NCBI GenBank assembly: GCA_040437565.1
Contig: JBDOQK010000014.1
Coordinates: 434,001-498,000 of the forward strand
Direction of reading: 5' to 3'
Source of the DNA: Albugo candida
Lineage: Eukaryota
DNA: 64,000 nt
Below, piece after piece: positions 51,130 to 64,000 of this stretch (positions within the stretch are counted from its first letter, which is position 1; each line of letters starts with the position of its first letter). The position numbers and the translations under genes were made by a program. The notes beneath the pieces are model-generated. The model saw only the letters and a program-made list of their open reading frames with translations. It was not told the origin of the DNA and made no database searches.

Positions 51130-52940
51130 TACAGTGCAGGAATTCTAGAACCATCGACTATTTAACGGGTCGTTCGGGCTGCATCACAGCCAGTGGGATT
51201 TATTTTGATCAAAATATGACTCTGTCACAGGGAACAAGCGATATAAATCTCTAAGATTACATTCTCAGATTTATGTTTGGTTTAGTTTTGGCCAAGACAT
51301 GGGATTTCTAACACCGAGAAATTACAAGGTATCTGGCTTGGGCAGCAAAAGTTTGGCCGGTCCAAATACTCTCCAAAAAATACGATAGCCAATCAGAGGA
51401 CACCCTCTCTTCCATCGTAACCAATCAAATGGCTCAACTTTTAGCCAAAAAACAACGCTTACCACATGTTTGAACAGTCGACCCCTGTTGCTATTTATTT
51501 ACAGATACAATCACGGATCATGTGTNNNNNNNNNNNNNNNNNNNNNNNNNNNNNNNNNNNNNNNNNNNNNNNNNNNNNNNNNNNNNNNNNNNNNNNNNNN
51601 NNNNNNNNNNNNNNNNNNNNNNNNNTGCAGCCATAGATTCTTCTGACCATCGTGTACCGGGAATGTGCTTTCATCGTATGATACAAGAATGATCGGCTCT
51701 CGCACTGGCCAGTTTTCAATATCCATCTCCCTCCCTGAGAATACTGGCATCTGCACTTCAAGATCCGCCATGCGCTCAGGAAGATAGTACGGTATTCAAG
51801 GACGTCGGGGCGTTTATGGCCATCCACGAACAATGTTTTGCGAGCTACGGAATTCTGTAGTCCCAGTCTATGCATCCATATGATTGCGGTCTTACCAACA
51901 ATCAATATGGTGCTCCCTGCATTGGAAATAATGTGATGATTGACATGCTGGGCGAATTTAACGAGTTCAATGTTGCGCTTGTTGTGACGGAGATACAATC
52001 GGACTTTGGCAAGAACATCTTCATCCGTCAAAAAGCTGCGTGACTTGATAGGTTGGCTTTGCTTCATGTTCGGCAGATCACCAGTGGCGACATATATGGT
52101 TCCTCAAGTGCGAAGAAATCGCCCAAAACCATGATCCTTTCCCGACTGCCTGGGAAATGACTTCTGAGGCTTGAAGCTTCTAAAAAAGGAAGCGTCATTA
52201 AAATAATGAATTGTTGATAGAAGTTTGATCACTCAAAAATACGTACTTATTGGATATCCTTTTAAGAGGAGACGGAAATAAGATGCTATAGAAGCCAGTC
52301 GTGCACGTTGAGCTTTGTTGGTTGTCTGTTTGGCCTACTGGTAAAGTTACAGCACTGTCGTGGCAAGGTGTCTCTCGGCCTTGTCATCAATTTCGTTCTC
52401 AAGGTCTGGTCTTGCTTGTGCATCTTAAGTCATCAATTAAAATAATGCGTCGAGTCAGCGAGAATCAAGTGCAGCAGTGCGTTTTTTTTCATGTATTCGC
52501 CGTCGAGTACGGCTCGAGTTCGTAATGTACCGACCCGGACGGCTCGAAATGGAATGTATTTTCAGTACAGCAAAGTCTGCCTCATTATGAGTAAGATCCT
52601 CAGCCTCTTATACATCAAGCTCCGTATCTTCATCCACCTCCATAGCAGCATGCCAAAAAAATGGCTTATTGGAATCGGGAGATTGGCTAAGTTCTCTATT
52701 AGAATGTTTAGGGTCGCATATCCTTCGGACAGCATCAATTCGAACATTTTTCGATGCTTTAGCCAGTAAAATTTGAGCTGCTACGAACATTTTGTTGGTG
52801 GTGCCAATGTGGTGATTGTGAGGGGGTGCAATCGGACATGGAAGGTGAATGCGGTATGAAAAATAACCAAGAAATATATCATAATCTATTTCGGGAACCG
52901 TTAAAATCCCCTCAGTGTCTTGGTAAAATCCACTCACTTT
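51130..52940 (-). mobile_element. IS630/Tc1-related DNA transposon remnant ('DGHER...HDES' type); 5' limit uncertain
   Basis: WMHRLGL...FVDGHKRPDVLEYRTIFL and ILVSYDESTF; ~350-bp terminal segment inversely matching 54450-54855. Confidence 0.65.
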
Positions 52941-53159
52941 GATATGATTGCTAATTTAATGCTTGCATAGTGCTAACGTATACCTGGGTAAGGGAAAATA
53001 TGATAACACTGCCGGCTACTTTTTGAAGTACACTATTTTTGCACTCTATGTGCAATCATTCAGTTCAGCTCGCGTACGCGTTTATTCGTTTGTGATCATT
53101 CTTGCTAGACTATTTCAGAGTTTACGGTTTTTTTATAGCAGAAAAAGTCTATTCTTTTA

Positions 53160-53520
53160 AACTGAGTCCTAATAAGTCACTGTTTACGGGTCATTCATGG
53201 TACAAGAACCTTATATTCTATAAAATCAGTCCAGTGGATCCTGTTGCTGCGCTTTCACATCTTCGTGCGTTGAGTCCTACCCTCCTGCAACGGTCACATC
53301 TTCTTTGCATGGGTGCATCCAAGGCTGCTGCACCGAGCTCAAAATCAAACAAATCTCTTTTCGATGATGCAGATTTTTGATTCCTTTGGATCGTTCTAGA
53401 TGACCTCATGCGCACTTGAATAGATACTGGTTAAAGGACATCACTTGCAGCAGCTGGAGCGCCTGGCAATAGCCAATCATATCACACTGAGGGGTTTTAA
53501 CGGTTCGCTTTCTTTCGACA
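53160..53520 (-). pseudogene. MULE transposase C-terminal fragment
   Basis: SSKRDLFDFE...RRCDRCRRVGLNARRC zinc-knuckle-like motif. Confidence 0.55.
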
Positions 53521-53561
53521 TGTAAATATAATTCTAAATCATCTAGAAAATATTAAAATAT

Positions 53562-54154
53562 GAACCGTTATTCAGCCCCCACCTTTTTTTTAATCATCCC
53601 GCAGCCTTCATAAATTGATGAAAAGCGAGGCTTCTATTTGGCTTATAAAAGAACAGAATAACTAAATAAAAATCACGGGAATCGTAATGCAGCCTCCACG
53701 CTCCATAAATGAATGTACATTGTGGCCTTTGGTTGGTCTTGATAAATGCAACTGAGTAAAAAATCATAATCGTGAAAAAAAATTCGCTCTCAACAAATTT
53801 TGTATTTCTTGATCTAAATCTATTTCTAAATCTACTGCTGCAGGCGTTATTGGTGCTGTTAATGCTGTTGGTGTACCAGCCACCAATGGTGATCAAAATC
53901 ATTATCAGACGGTGCTACCGCTTATGACGAAAACATGGGCGCAAGGATACCCATTATGTTATGTCAACAAGCCTATAAGTAAATTGAAGTTGCAGTCACT
54001 TGCAGTCAATGCCAAATAGTCGCAATTACTTGCATTTGAACAGAGTCTACAAAAGTTGAAAGTCTCGGTCATCAATAAGCCGCGCGCAGAAAAACCTTTC
54101 CATCACCTTCAAATAGATAAAACCAAGCTGCATTTTGAACTATAGCTCGCTGCT
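53562..54154. mobile_element. Family C element fragment
   Basis: CCGTTATTCAGCCCCCACC TIR; interior is reverse-similar to 33120-33700. Confidence 0.7.
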
Positions 54155-54254
54155 NNNNNNNNNNNNNNNNNNNNNNNNNNNNNNNNNNNNNNNNNNNNNN
54201 NNNNNNNNNNNNNNNNNNNNNNNNNNNNNNNNNNNNNNNNNNNNNNNNNNNNNN

Positions 54255-54857
54255 TCCTAAGGCTCTGGAATCCGTCCCCCTCAAAACCATCCGACGCCAT
54301 GCACAGAAATGTTTTCGATGCATGGATGTATATCGGAAGGATTTGACGAGGAAGGCTGCTGAATACGCCGTGAAGAAATACCGATCCCACCGTCGAGTTC
54401 CCAACTCTATAATGATGGACATCAACGTGATCGGGGAAATTAATAAATAAATTTCACATATGATCTTAAAAAAAAACTGTATCTGTAATTAAATAGCAAC
54501 GGGGATCGACCGTTTATGCAGGTGCTAAGTGATTATATACGTTGTTGATTAGCTTGACGTTGAGAGATTTGATTGGCTATAATGTGAGATTTGGTGTCCT
54601 CTGATTGGCTATCCTATTTTTGGGGTTCATTTTTTGGCCGGCCAAAATCATGCTGCTTGAGCCAAATCCGTATAAATCCCTCGGTTTTAGAAATCGCATA
54701 TCTTCGCCAGAAATAAACCAAACATAAATCTTACAGCTTTCTATCTCTAGTTCCCTGTGACAGAGCCAGATTTTGATCAGACTAAATTTTACTGGCTGTG
54801 ATACAGTTCGAACTACCGTAAATTAGTTGATGGTTATGGATGTCGTGCACTATGTAC
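54255..54857 (+). mobile_element. 3' end of another copy of the IS630/Tc1-related family
   Basis: IRRHAQKCFRCMDVYRKDL...AAEYAVKKYRSHRRVP C-terminus, followed by a terminal segment matching 51130-51525 in reverse. Confidence 0.65.
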
Positions 54858-56670
54858 TTTTTTTTTATATTTGGGTAATTGTTACATTCACTCCCTTTTG
54901 AGTCACGCGGCACACTTTAGTATACTATGCATACTTCCTATTTAAATTTAGTGCATTGTTAAATTTTTTCTTTTTCACTCTCTTTTGAGTCACGAGGAAC
55001 CCATTATTATACATTATTAGGAAATTGTTATATTCACTCCCTTTTCGGTTATATTCACTCTCTTTTGAATCACGTGACCCACATTATTATACATTCAAAC
55101 ATTGTCGTCTTCTTTATGCTGGCTTTACCCGAGCAAACCGATGATTTGATGGAGCTCCCTGACAGGAATGATCACTGGAAATTGGGCCGATTGAGTAGAA
55201 TTTTGCTTCTTTTGGAAGATTCCGTAATCGTAGAAAAAAGATTTGATCACTCTTCCTCTACCAACATAATTGAATGTCCGCTATACGCCTCACAAGATCA
55301 CCTACATTTGTCCGAGGGACTTTGCTTCACCTATGCCCTTCTAAACAAGTGTGAGCGTATCAGGGGGAGATAAAGAGATTGTGTACTAGACCGGCAATTT
55401 CGTGAATGAGAATCACAATTTTTTTTACCTTAGATGATAGTTTTTTGTAGCTATTAGCTTACCTTTGCTCAAAAGGAAAGAGATTTACACTAGACTTCAA
55501 TTTGTTTCGTGTTGGTTTTCTTCTCGAACAATCAGTCTTGCAATAGATTTGGCATCACAATCTTACCGTTCCTTCTTTGTAGAAAATAAAACCGTGGTTT
55601 TGCGTCGGCGCATTCTGATCAGCCTCAATTTGATTTCAACGAAGACAACGAGAGAAGATCATAGCGATCGTCACAAGAACTATGAAGCATTAAGTATCAT
55701 TCTCGAGTCCATCGGGCATTTTTTAGACCGATTGAATTCAATCCTTCACAACGATAAAGTTAAGGTGGTAGTGGAAATCAAAAGATTGGCAATTTGTATC
55801 GGTTGCGAAATTTCGAGCTGGTAGCTTTGTATTATTATTGAATGTATAATAATGTGGGTCAAGTGACTCATATGGGAGTGAATCTAACCGAAGGGGAGTG
55901 AATATAACAATTTCCTAATTATGTGTAATAATGTGCGCCACGTGAATCAAAAGAAAGTGAATAAACCAAAAAGAGAGTAAATATAACAGTTCCCTGTAAC
56001 AATTCACTAAATATAAATAAGAAGTATACATAGTATAATAATGTGTGCCGCGTGACTTAAAAGGGAATGAAATAACAATTCCCTAATAAAAAATTTAAAG
56101 GTATACATAGTATAGTTATGTGTGCCACCTAATTCAAAAAGGGAGTGAATATAACAATTCCCCTCCCTAAATATAGATAAAAAATAGGGATTATAAAAAA
56201 GGGAATCGGAATTCAGCCCCCACCNNNNNNNNNNNNNNNNNNNNNNNNNNNNNNNNNNNNNNNNNNNNNNNNNNNNNNNNNNNNNNNNNNNNNNNNNNNN
56301 NNNNNNNNNNNNNNNNNNNNNNNNTGGGTCAAGTGACTCATATGGGAGTGAATCTAACCGAAGGGGAGTGAATATAACAATTTCCTAATTATGTGTAATA
56401 ATGTGCGCCACGTGAATCAAAAGAAAGTGAATAAACCAAAAAGAGAGTAAATATAACAGTTCCCTGTAACAATTCACTAAATATAAATAAGAAGTATACA
56501 TAGTATAATAATGTGTGCCGCGTGACTTAAAAGGGAATGAAATAACAATTCCCTAATAAAAAATTTAAAGGTATACATAGTATAGTTATGTGTGCCACCT
56601 AATTCAAAAAGGGAGTGAATATAACAATTCCCCTCCCTAAATATAGATAAAAAATAGGGATTATAAAAAA

Positions 56671-57368
56671 GGGAATCGGAATTCAGCCCCCACCTTTTCT
56701 TTCTACAGCCCCCAGCCTCTATAAATTGATGGCAATCGTGGCCTCCGATTGGTTTAAGCAAATATAACAGAACAAATTAAATTAAAATTGCGAGAATCGT
56801 TTTCCAGCCCCCACCCTTCATAAATTAATGGGAATCGTGACCTCTGATTGGTCTGAATAAATGCAACCGAATAACATCACAGAAAAACTTCGGCTTTTAC
56901 AAATTTTGTTCAGGTTAAATGGATCTCTGTGTCAGGTAAGTTGTAGTGTATGCGGATTGTGCTGGCGAAATTCATATTAATCTGACAATTCATTTAGTGC
57001 AAGTATCTACTCTCAGTGGATTCAGTGGATTCAGCTTTTTGTGTTGCTTGTGAAGGCCAGCTTGCTGTCATTGTGCAGCGAATGCAAAGCAGCACCAGCA
57101 GCAGCAACAACACCTGCAGCAGTAAAAAATTGCAGAAATCGAAATTTTTTGCGTGTTGCTGTTCTTATTCCATTGCATTTATTCAGACCAATCAGACGCC
57201 AGGGTTCCCATCAATTTATGAAGGGTGGGGGCTGGGACACGATTTTCGCAATTTTAATTTAATTTATCCTGTTATATTTGTTTAAACCAATCGGAGGCCA
57301 AGATTGCCATCGATTTATAGAGGCTGGGGGCTCATTAAAGAAAAGGTGGGGGCTGAATAACGATTCCG
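56671..57368. mobile_element. Family C foldback/MITE-like element with about 200-bp TIRs
   Basis: 56671-56872 is the inverse complement of about 57165-57368. Confidence 0.88.
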
Positions 57369-57983
57369 TGAAAAAACATATACCAATTTCATAAATATAT
57401 AAAATGAATATCCCAAGGTTGTATACTATACGTACAGATATACACATGCCTAGGATTAGAACGAGAAAAACCCATTCTTAGATGAAAAACCGCTGATCAA
57501 CAATGCACTATGTAGTAAGGATAATGAAGCATACAATTACGCGTCCCTTATCGCACAGGTTCAGCGATTATGGCCAAAATGGTTACACATTCCACATTTC
57601 ATTCCTTGTTGCTATGGAATCCGCTTATTCTTTAGAGGCCCTCTTTTTCACTGAATAGATGGAGCGTTGCACACCTCTTGTGAGTACAATTTCCAGCACG
57701 ATTGGCATTATGTCATCGTCGGGTCTCTCAGAATAGGTGGCCGCAAACGTCGATGATTTCCAGGAGTCGTGAAAATACATGCCCATGTTGAGCAATTNNN
57801 NNNNNNNNNNNNNNNNNNNNNNNNNNNNNNNNNNNNNNNNNNNNNNNNNNNNNNNNNNNNNNNNNNNNNNNNNNNNNNNNNNNNNNNNNNNNNNNNNTAT
57901 TGAAAAGTTCAATGTGTATATCCGTGCGTATAGTATACAGCCTTGGTAAATATAATTTTTTCTAAATTGGTATAGATTTTTGG

Positions 57984-60900
57984 AACGCAGTATAGCCGCA
58001 CCCCTAACTTAATTGAGAACAACGGTATCGTTACACCCTCTAAATATCCTTAATAAATGAGAATGAGAATGAGAATTGGCAGCGGCACACTCGGTAAATC
58101 CCCTAAATTAGAAGTAAATTAGGAAGCCGTATCGCCAAACCCCTATATTATTACAGATATGTTTTGTTAATTTCGGGTTGTGGACATGTGCGCCTGTTGT
58201 GACCTTCTTGGTTGCGGGCCCCGCATCTTCGTTTTGTCAGTTTCTGCCCCTCCCTCTCAACGTACTCAAATGCGGACAGATCTCGTTTGGTACTCGTTGA
58301 CCCTTTCGGCCGTCCTCGAGAGGCCACTGTGGCAGGATCATTTACCCCTGGGCTTGAAACAGATGCAAGCCAATTGAGAGCCTGTTCAAAAAGGCGCTGT
58401 CTGTGTGGAGGCAAGACCGAATAACGCTCTTGCAATTTTTCGTAATGCCCTAAAAGCTTGTTTTTTCCTGACAAGGCATTTCATGATGCATTTTGGGATG
58501 TACAGCATTTGAAGCCACCAGTGCTCATGAAAATGAGCTTCATGCAATATTTACCTCATCGTTTGCAGCTCATTGATGGAATGAGAGCACGGACATCCTT
58601 TAGTGCTCGTGAATGCTCTAGTGCATTTTCCATTGGTCTCCATCGATATTGTCTTTTGGTACTTCTTGAAGACCTGCAGAAAACAAAATATGGTCAGTGC
58701 ATACCTTGCCAGTACTGTACACAACTGTATGTATACACTAATGTTACAAACTTCATTCAATGCATAATGTGAAATCTTTCTATTCACAATTGTGCAGAAG
58801 CTCCCAGTAAGGCGAACGATAATGTGTGAACGATCGTATGCAACTTTTTGACTTATTCTTTGGCACTGCTGTTGAGCTGCGAGAACTAATTCTTCATGAA
58901 CTGTTGCCAAATCCCATGTTAAAACCGCAATCACTTTCTTCAAAGTAGAATGTCCGTCTTCAACGCGAGATGTAGCTACATGACCAAAATGCTTTATTTT
59001 TTTGGTCTGAGATAGGATGAATTTCTCCTTGTGCGGAATCCATGTGGAATGTAAATACGCATAGCCAGTCTGATTGATTGATTCTTTGACGAGCACCCAG
59101 TTCTCTTCGAGCTCCTGTTCAGTGCATGAGCAGTACAATCCGTACCACTTTGTGAAAAATTTGTTCCAGTCTTCGTCATTTCCAAAGTGCTTTTTAGCGT
59201 TTGCCAGGACATTCTTATTATTATGCCATATGCAAAGCAGATCCTTTGCTTCGAATAGAGCCCGTGAGATTGCAGCCACCAATGCCAATTCTCTGTCAGT
59301 GACAATGACAATCACCCAGGAATTCTATCTTGTAAAACTATCCTCATTTGATGAAGTGCCCAAATGTAATCATCTTTTGATTCGTGTCGCAAGAAAACAT
59401 TGCAAAAGGAATATGACTGGTTTGTGCATGCCACACCCGTGACATGGAACAATGGCATTTGGAACCTGGAGATTTTGTCTGCTCTTGGTTGATTTTGGGC
59501 GAAGATTAATTGGAAAGCATATTACTCACCTGTTGGTTTGGTATGTCGAACCTGCTATGAGAACTTTACCCGAAGGGAAATCATTGTCTGTCGAGATGCA
59601 AGGCTTAGATGTAATCAAGAGGCGCGTTGATTGACCTGGTGAGGGGTCCCGATCAAGGTCATGCCTAATGGCACTTTACTCTAGTGTGTCCAGCAATGCT
59701 TCAAGAGGGCTACGACCAACGAGAAACTCCGCTCGTTCACGTTTTCGAATATTGTAGATGTCTTGCCCGGTGGCAAGAAAAGCAGGATCAGACCGCTTCG
59801 TCGTACTCAAGATCATTTGAGAAGGCCCACCACCTTTTTTCAAGTCCATAATTTGCTGCTTCTGCACCTGGTTCCTGGGATTGCTGCAAGATTCTCTACA
59901 CTGCCTCTTGATTGTGAGTTGCAACGACCACACTAACTCGCCATTTTTGGACAGAATTTTGACTCAGCTGGCGCTGAATGGTGACTAACCATGGGCACAA
60001 TAGAAGCCGCGTTGATGTTTGGCGGATCCTAGTACCTTTGTTTTTGTAACGACCACCGTGGACGGAAGCAAGCCACACCATCCTAGTACTTCCGTACTTG
60101 TCGGCCTTTGTGTGACCTTTCTTGGTTGAATAGCCTTCTTCCCACGCAAAGGTTTGTACTGCCTCTTCCGCAATCTCATAGGTCTCATAGGTGTTTCTGG
60201 GGGTGTAGCAAGTGGAATACACTCCGCAACAAACAGATAGAGACACCTTTTTTTTGTGGTAATTGACCAATGAAAGAGGGCTATATTGCTGCAAATACCA
60301 TGAATCAATCCAATAAGTTGACTGCATTTCTAATGTGCAATCAAAATTGGATTTGGAGTTATGGATCAAACGTTATCGTCCTAAAAGTGAAAACAGGACC
60401 GCGACAAAATGATAGGGACACCAGCTATATTACACGATCCTCAGCTCTGGTCAACACATTATGACATGTAGATGCATGCTAATAGTGTGTCTTCGATCCC
60501 TTTAGCTCGACCACTTCCAAGCAGCGATCGTCCATGGAGTTAAGGAGAGATTCCAGCCTCGCTGGACTGATGTCCGACCATGCTTTCTTGACCGAGGCTT
60601 CGAGCTCTCCCATGGAGTGATATTGGCGTCCCTTTCCGTACACAGAACGCGCCATGTCTCTCCAGAGAGTCTCTATCGGATTTAGATCTGGTGAGGGTGC
60701 TGGCCATTGCATCACGTTGATATTGAGCTCGCTCAAAAATGCTTTAGTAGCTTGTGACGCATGAATGCTCGCATTATCTTGTTGAAATACGTAACCATCT
60801 TTGTGCAAACTGTCCGCAAATGGAAGGAGATGGTTGATCAATGTTTCCTGATAGTCGAATGAGTCCTGGCGGCCACTCAATGTGGCCAACGACGTCACTC

Positions 60901-61948
60901 GTTTGGAAGAAAAGCCACCGCACACCATGATGGCACCGCCGCCACAATGCCGTTTGAAATATGTCCTTGGTTCGCGCCTGACGTCGTGCCAATAGCACTT
61001 ACAGCCAACCGGATCGTCGAGCGTAAATCGCTTTCTCATCGAGAAGATAATTTTGCTCCAGTCGGTCCGTTAGACTAGATGGGGCACTCGTTGGAGCACG
61101 CGCTGCACCGTACGCGTGATCACATGCGGTGCCACGGCTTTTTCGATTACAGAGGCCGACGAATCACCCTCATTAGTAGCCTTGATGATGCATCGTACGG
61201 TACGTGGTCCAAGTTTTGGCTTCCTTCCCGAGCTTCTCTTGACCCCATACCCATCCGGATTGCTCAAGTAAGTGTGGACGATTGTTTTTGATCGGTCAAG
61301 GCTCGTAGCGATTGCTCGGAGGCTCATTTTACTCGACCGGAGGGCATCGATTTGGCCTTGCTCATACTCGGTCAAAGACGATCGGCGCCCTATGCTCTAC
61401 GGACAACTACATCACGATCGAAGTATAAGCAAGTAGCCAAGACACAGACGCATATAGTCAACGCAATTAGTATCGAATAGAGCGCCGCACATACCGTCCC
61501 GGTCGAGTTGCAGATCTGTCCCTATCAAAATGTCGCTCCACCAATGGAGGGTCAGAGTCAAAATATTGGCTTCCAGATCCCCGATCGAGACAAAACAAAC
61601 GCCAAAAGGCTCACCCATGGGATGAATTGATATTATCCAATCAGATTGCAGAAATGTGGAAAATTGAGCGAAATTTAACGAATAAACAGGTGTCCCTATC
61701 TATTTGTCGCGGAATGGCCTTTCTAAATGGTAGAATTGAAGAAGACATATGTAGTAATGACAGGGTATGTACTTTAGCGTACGTATAGCAATGTAAATAG
61801 GTGTATATAGCGAATTTGGATATAGCGAGTGTGCCGATACCGATTCTCGTTTATTAAGGATATCGAGAGGGTGTAACGATACTGGTGTTCTCAATTGAGT
61901 TAGGGTGTGTGGCTATACCAAAAAGGATGTGTGACTATACCGGGCTGC
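57984..61948 (-). mobile_element. Family D MULE, second copy (transposase pseudogene about 58151-60215), interrupted by a Tc1-like element
   Basis: Collinear with 26334-28846; VTDRELALVAAI, LLCIWHNNKN, TSRVEDGHS; exact TSD ATTTTTGG at 57976-57983 and 61949-61956. Confidence 0.9.
60220..61716 (-). mobile_element. Tc1/Tc3-like transposon with inactivated DDE transposase (about 60479-61393)
   Basis: TIRs CACTCCGCAACAAACAGATAGAGACACC and GGTGTCCCTATCTATTTGTCGCGGAATG; HTH LTEYEQGQIDAL, SSGRKPKL, FQQDNASIH, WPAPSPDLNPIE; start codon appears as ATA and FSDEK is frameshifted. Confidence 0.92.
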
Positions 61949-64000
61949 ATTTTTGGTATAATCCCTAAAACGCATACATAGTATAATCATGTGAGCCACC
62001 TGATTAAAAAAGGGAGTAAATTTAACCAAAAAGGGAGTGAATATAACAATTCCCTAAGAAAAGGCCACTTCTATATGTACATTCCGCCCTGATTAATAGC
62101 TAATAAAAAGCCGTAGAAAGTTCCTTCTGTTATGAATCTATTCGTAACTTAAGTGCTGATGTTGCGCCTTCTCACCCTAACAATTACCGTTACTTGGACA
62201 CGACACTTTTCACTTTAAGGATACGATACCTCCTACTCTTTCTGATCATTTTCATTCGAGTGTACAATAACTTGAGCAATCTTCAATGCAGGATAGGAGA
62301 AACACCTCGATAGACCGTCTTGTGTCTCTTCACATACTCNNNNNNNNNNNNNNNNNNNNNNNNNNNNNNNNNNNNNNNNNNNNNNNNNNNNNNNNNNNNN
62401 NNNNNNNNNNNNNNNNNNNNNNNNNNNNNNNNNNNNNNNTAACTTAAGTGCTGATGTTGCGCCTTCTCACCCTAACAATTACCGTTACTTGGACACGACA
62501 CTTTTCACTTTAAGGATACGATACCTCCTACTCTTTCTGATCATTTTCATTCGAGTGTACAATAACTTGAGCAATCTTCAATGCAGGATAGGAGAAACAC
62601 CTCGATAGACCGTCTTGTGTCTCTTCACATACTCTTGACACTATTCAAGCCATCCAGCATTGCTGAGAGTTTAATCTATCATGAAGTCCTTTTCCCCGAA
62701 GCATAATACACTCTGCTTGCACTCATCCGATCAGCTGGCATCTTAACCAAGATCATGTTCTTATGCAGCCCCAATCTGAAGTGATTGATCAGTATGTCTA
62801 CTTCGAGAAGTCTGAGACAAATGTTCCTTCACGGATAGGCTGAAGGCTCTCTAGTTAAAACAATAGCTTGACGTGGCACATTTCTCCTAGCTGCTGGATT
62901 CAGTACATGCTCCTGTGCTATATAGCATGGTTTCATTATTTCGATTGTATACGAGTCGTTTGGAAAGATTCTTCCGCTTTTTTCCACTGGAAGAATCATC
63001 CTGGCAAAAGATAAGCTAAGTTCGATCCGCCCTTTTTTGTATTCATAATGTTGCAGCTTAAATAGATGAATGATGCTCGCTACTGCCACTGGACGACTTG
63101 GCTTGCTGTAAGATAGGCTACTTTTGAATATGAAGCCTCCAATGTATTTTCTGTTATAACTAGTGGCATGTTCATCAAATTTATGTGTGCCCAATACTCT
63201 CTCTATGGATGCTACACAGCTGCCATTTTAGCAGTAAGCAATGGATACCTTCTAAAATAAGACAAAAGATCATTTTTCCGACATCAAACGCTTGAAAACA
63301 GCTGAATTTGTGCAGAAAAGATCGGAAGAGAAAGAGTATGACTTCGCAAAGCGACTAGTGATTTTTCTCAAATACTGCTTTTTTTTTGTTTCAGTTAGTT
63401 CATGGTCTCGACCTTGCTACGTAGACAGAGGTGAAACAATTATTTGAACTTCTGAACATTTTCGCGACGCGAGGAAGTTTTTCCAGGCTTTTGACTGGAT
63501 ATTAATCAGGGGGTTGTCCAATTAGCACTGGGGGGTGTACATACAGAAGTGGCCCAAAAATGGCGGGCTTGTAGTACGATAGTCTGCATTGAAGTGGGAA
63601 ATATAGATTCTAAGATTGAATTAAAGGTTTATTATAACGTATAACGCGGTAATTTTGTTCGGCAGAGAAATATGTGGATCGGATCGCTAATATGGCCCAT
63701 CTCACATCGGTGGAATGACCCACCCTATCATATTTGACATGATTGTAGGGCACGGGAGGACATTCTCCGTGATCTGATACGTCTTGGTTACATTGTGTAC
63801 CAGATGGGCTCCCGAATCTGTCCACTGGAGATATTAAAATGAATGTGGTAATGAAGTAGAAATGAGAATGAGTCGAGCGTTTCAGAAGTAGCAAGAAACC
63901 ATTTTAGATTGCCTGTGCCGGTAAAGTACAAGGTGAATGAATTCGTAAACATGCTTCGCTCAGTTTGTTCCCGTATGAAGGCACTACCAGACTTTCCGTA

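Larger units (their letters stand above)
56657..61965. mobile_element. Small TIR element (family H) with an insertion in each TIR
   Basis: Ends GGGATTATAAAAAA[C]CATATACCAATTT and AAATTGGTATAGATTTTTGG[D]TATAATCCC; inverted arms at 57372-57450 and 57910-57983. Confidence 0.7.
54873..62054. mobile_element. Family G non-autonomous element(s) with multi-repeat TIRs; right arm interrupted by nested elements
   Basis: Repeated TTGTTATATTCACTCCCTTTT...GTCACG units at 54873-55095, with inverse units at 55840-56640 and 61975-62054. Confidence 0.7.

Noticed and set aside
51130-54857. One element bounded by ~350-bp TIRs
   Set aside because: The coding remnants point outward in opposite directions, so both arms look like 3' ends of two copies; two gaps intervene
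55856-56684. Tandem duplication of the G-family arm (and likewise 62145-62634)
   Set aside because: Identical sequence on both sides of 100-N gaps
62829-63194. 121-aa ORF, possibly a non-LTR RT or host gene
   Set aside because: Non-ATG start and no convincing motifs
63600-64000. piggyBac C-terminal remnant (HVKYDRVGH)
   Set aside because: Only one short motif; no TTAA-CCC terminus found, and the window ends here

Overview
Eukaryotic, oomycete-like sequence (Albugo-like is an inference from very compact gene packing, 45-60 nt introns and an axonemal dynein light chain). It has two sharply different halves. About 1-21 kb is a gene-dense block of 12 protein-coding genes: TrpG, DEP+ADP-ribosylglycohydrolase-like, EamA/DMT, RCC1-BTB, TPR+glycosyltransferase, DNAL4, CTL/Pns1, RPS28, an APC permease, a CoaD-like enzyme, a secreted repeat/Pro-rich protein and a GH35 beta-galactosidase. 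About 21-64 kb holds no intact host gene that I can recognise. It contains a homogeneous 115-bp tandem array, decayed Copia LTR elements, Tc1/IS630-like elements and many Mutator-like (MULE) and non-autonomous TIR elements. The most striking pattern is repeated Russian-doll nesting: mostly GGG-ended elements with 8-bp TSDs are inserted 13-17 bp inside the termini of other such elements. One MULE appears to carry a decayed Ulp1-like protease. There are ten 100-N scaffold gaps, several flanked by duplicated sequence (assembly artefacts). All calls were made by eye from motifs; no database searches were run.
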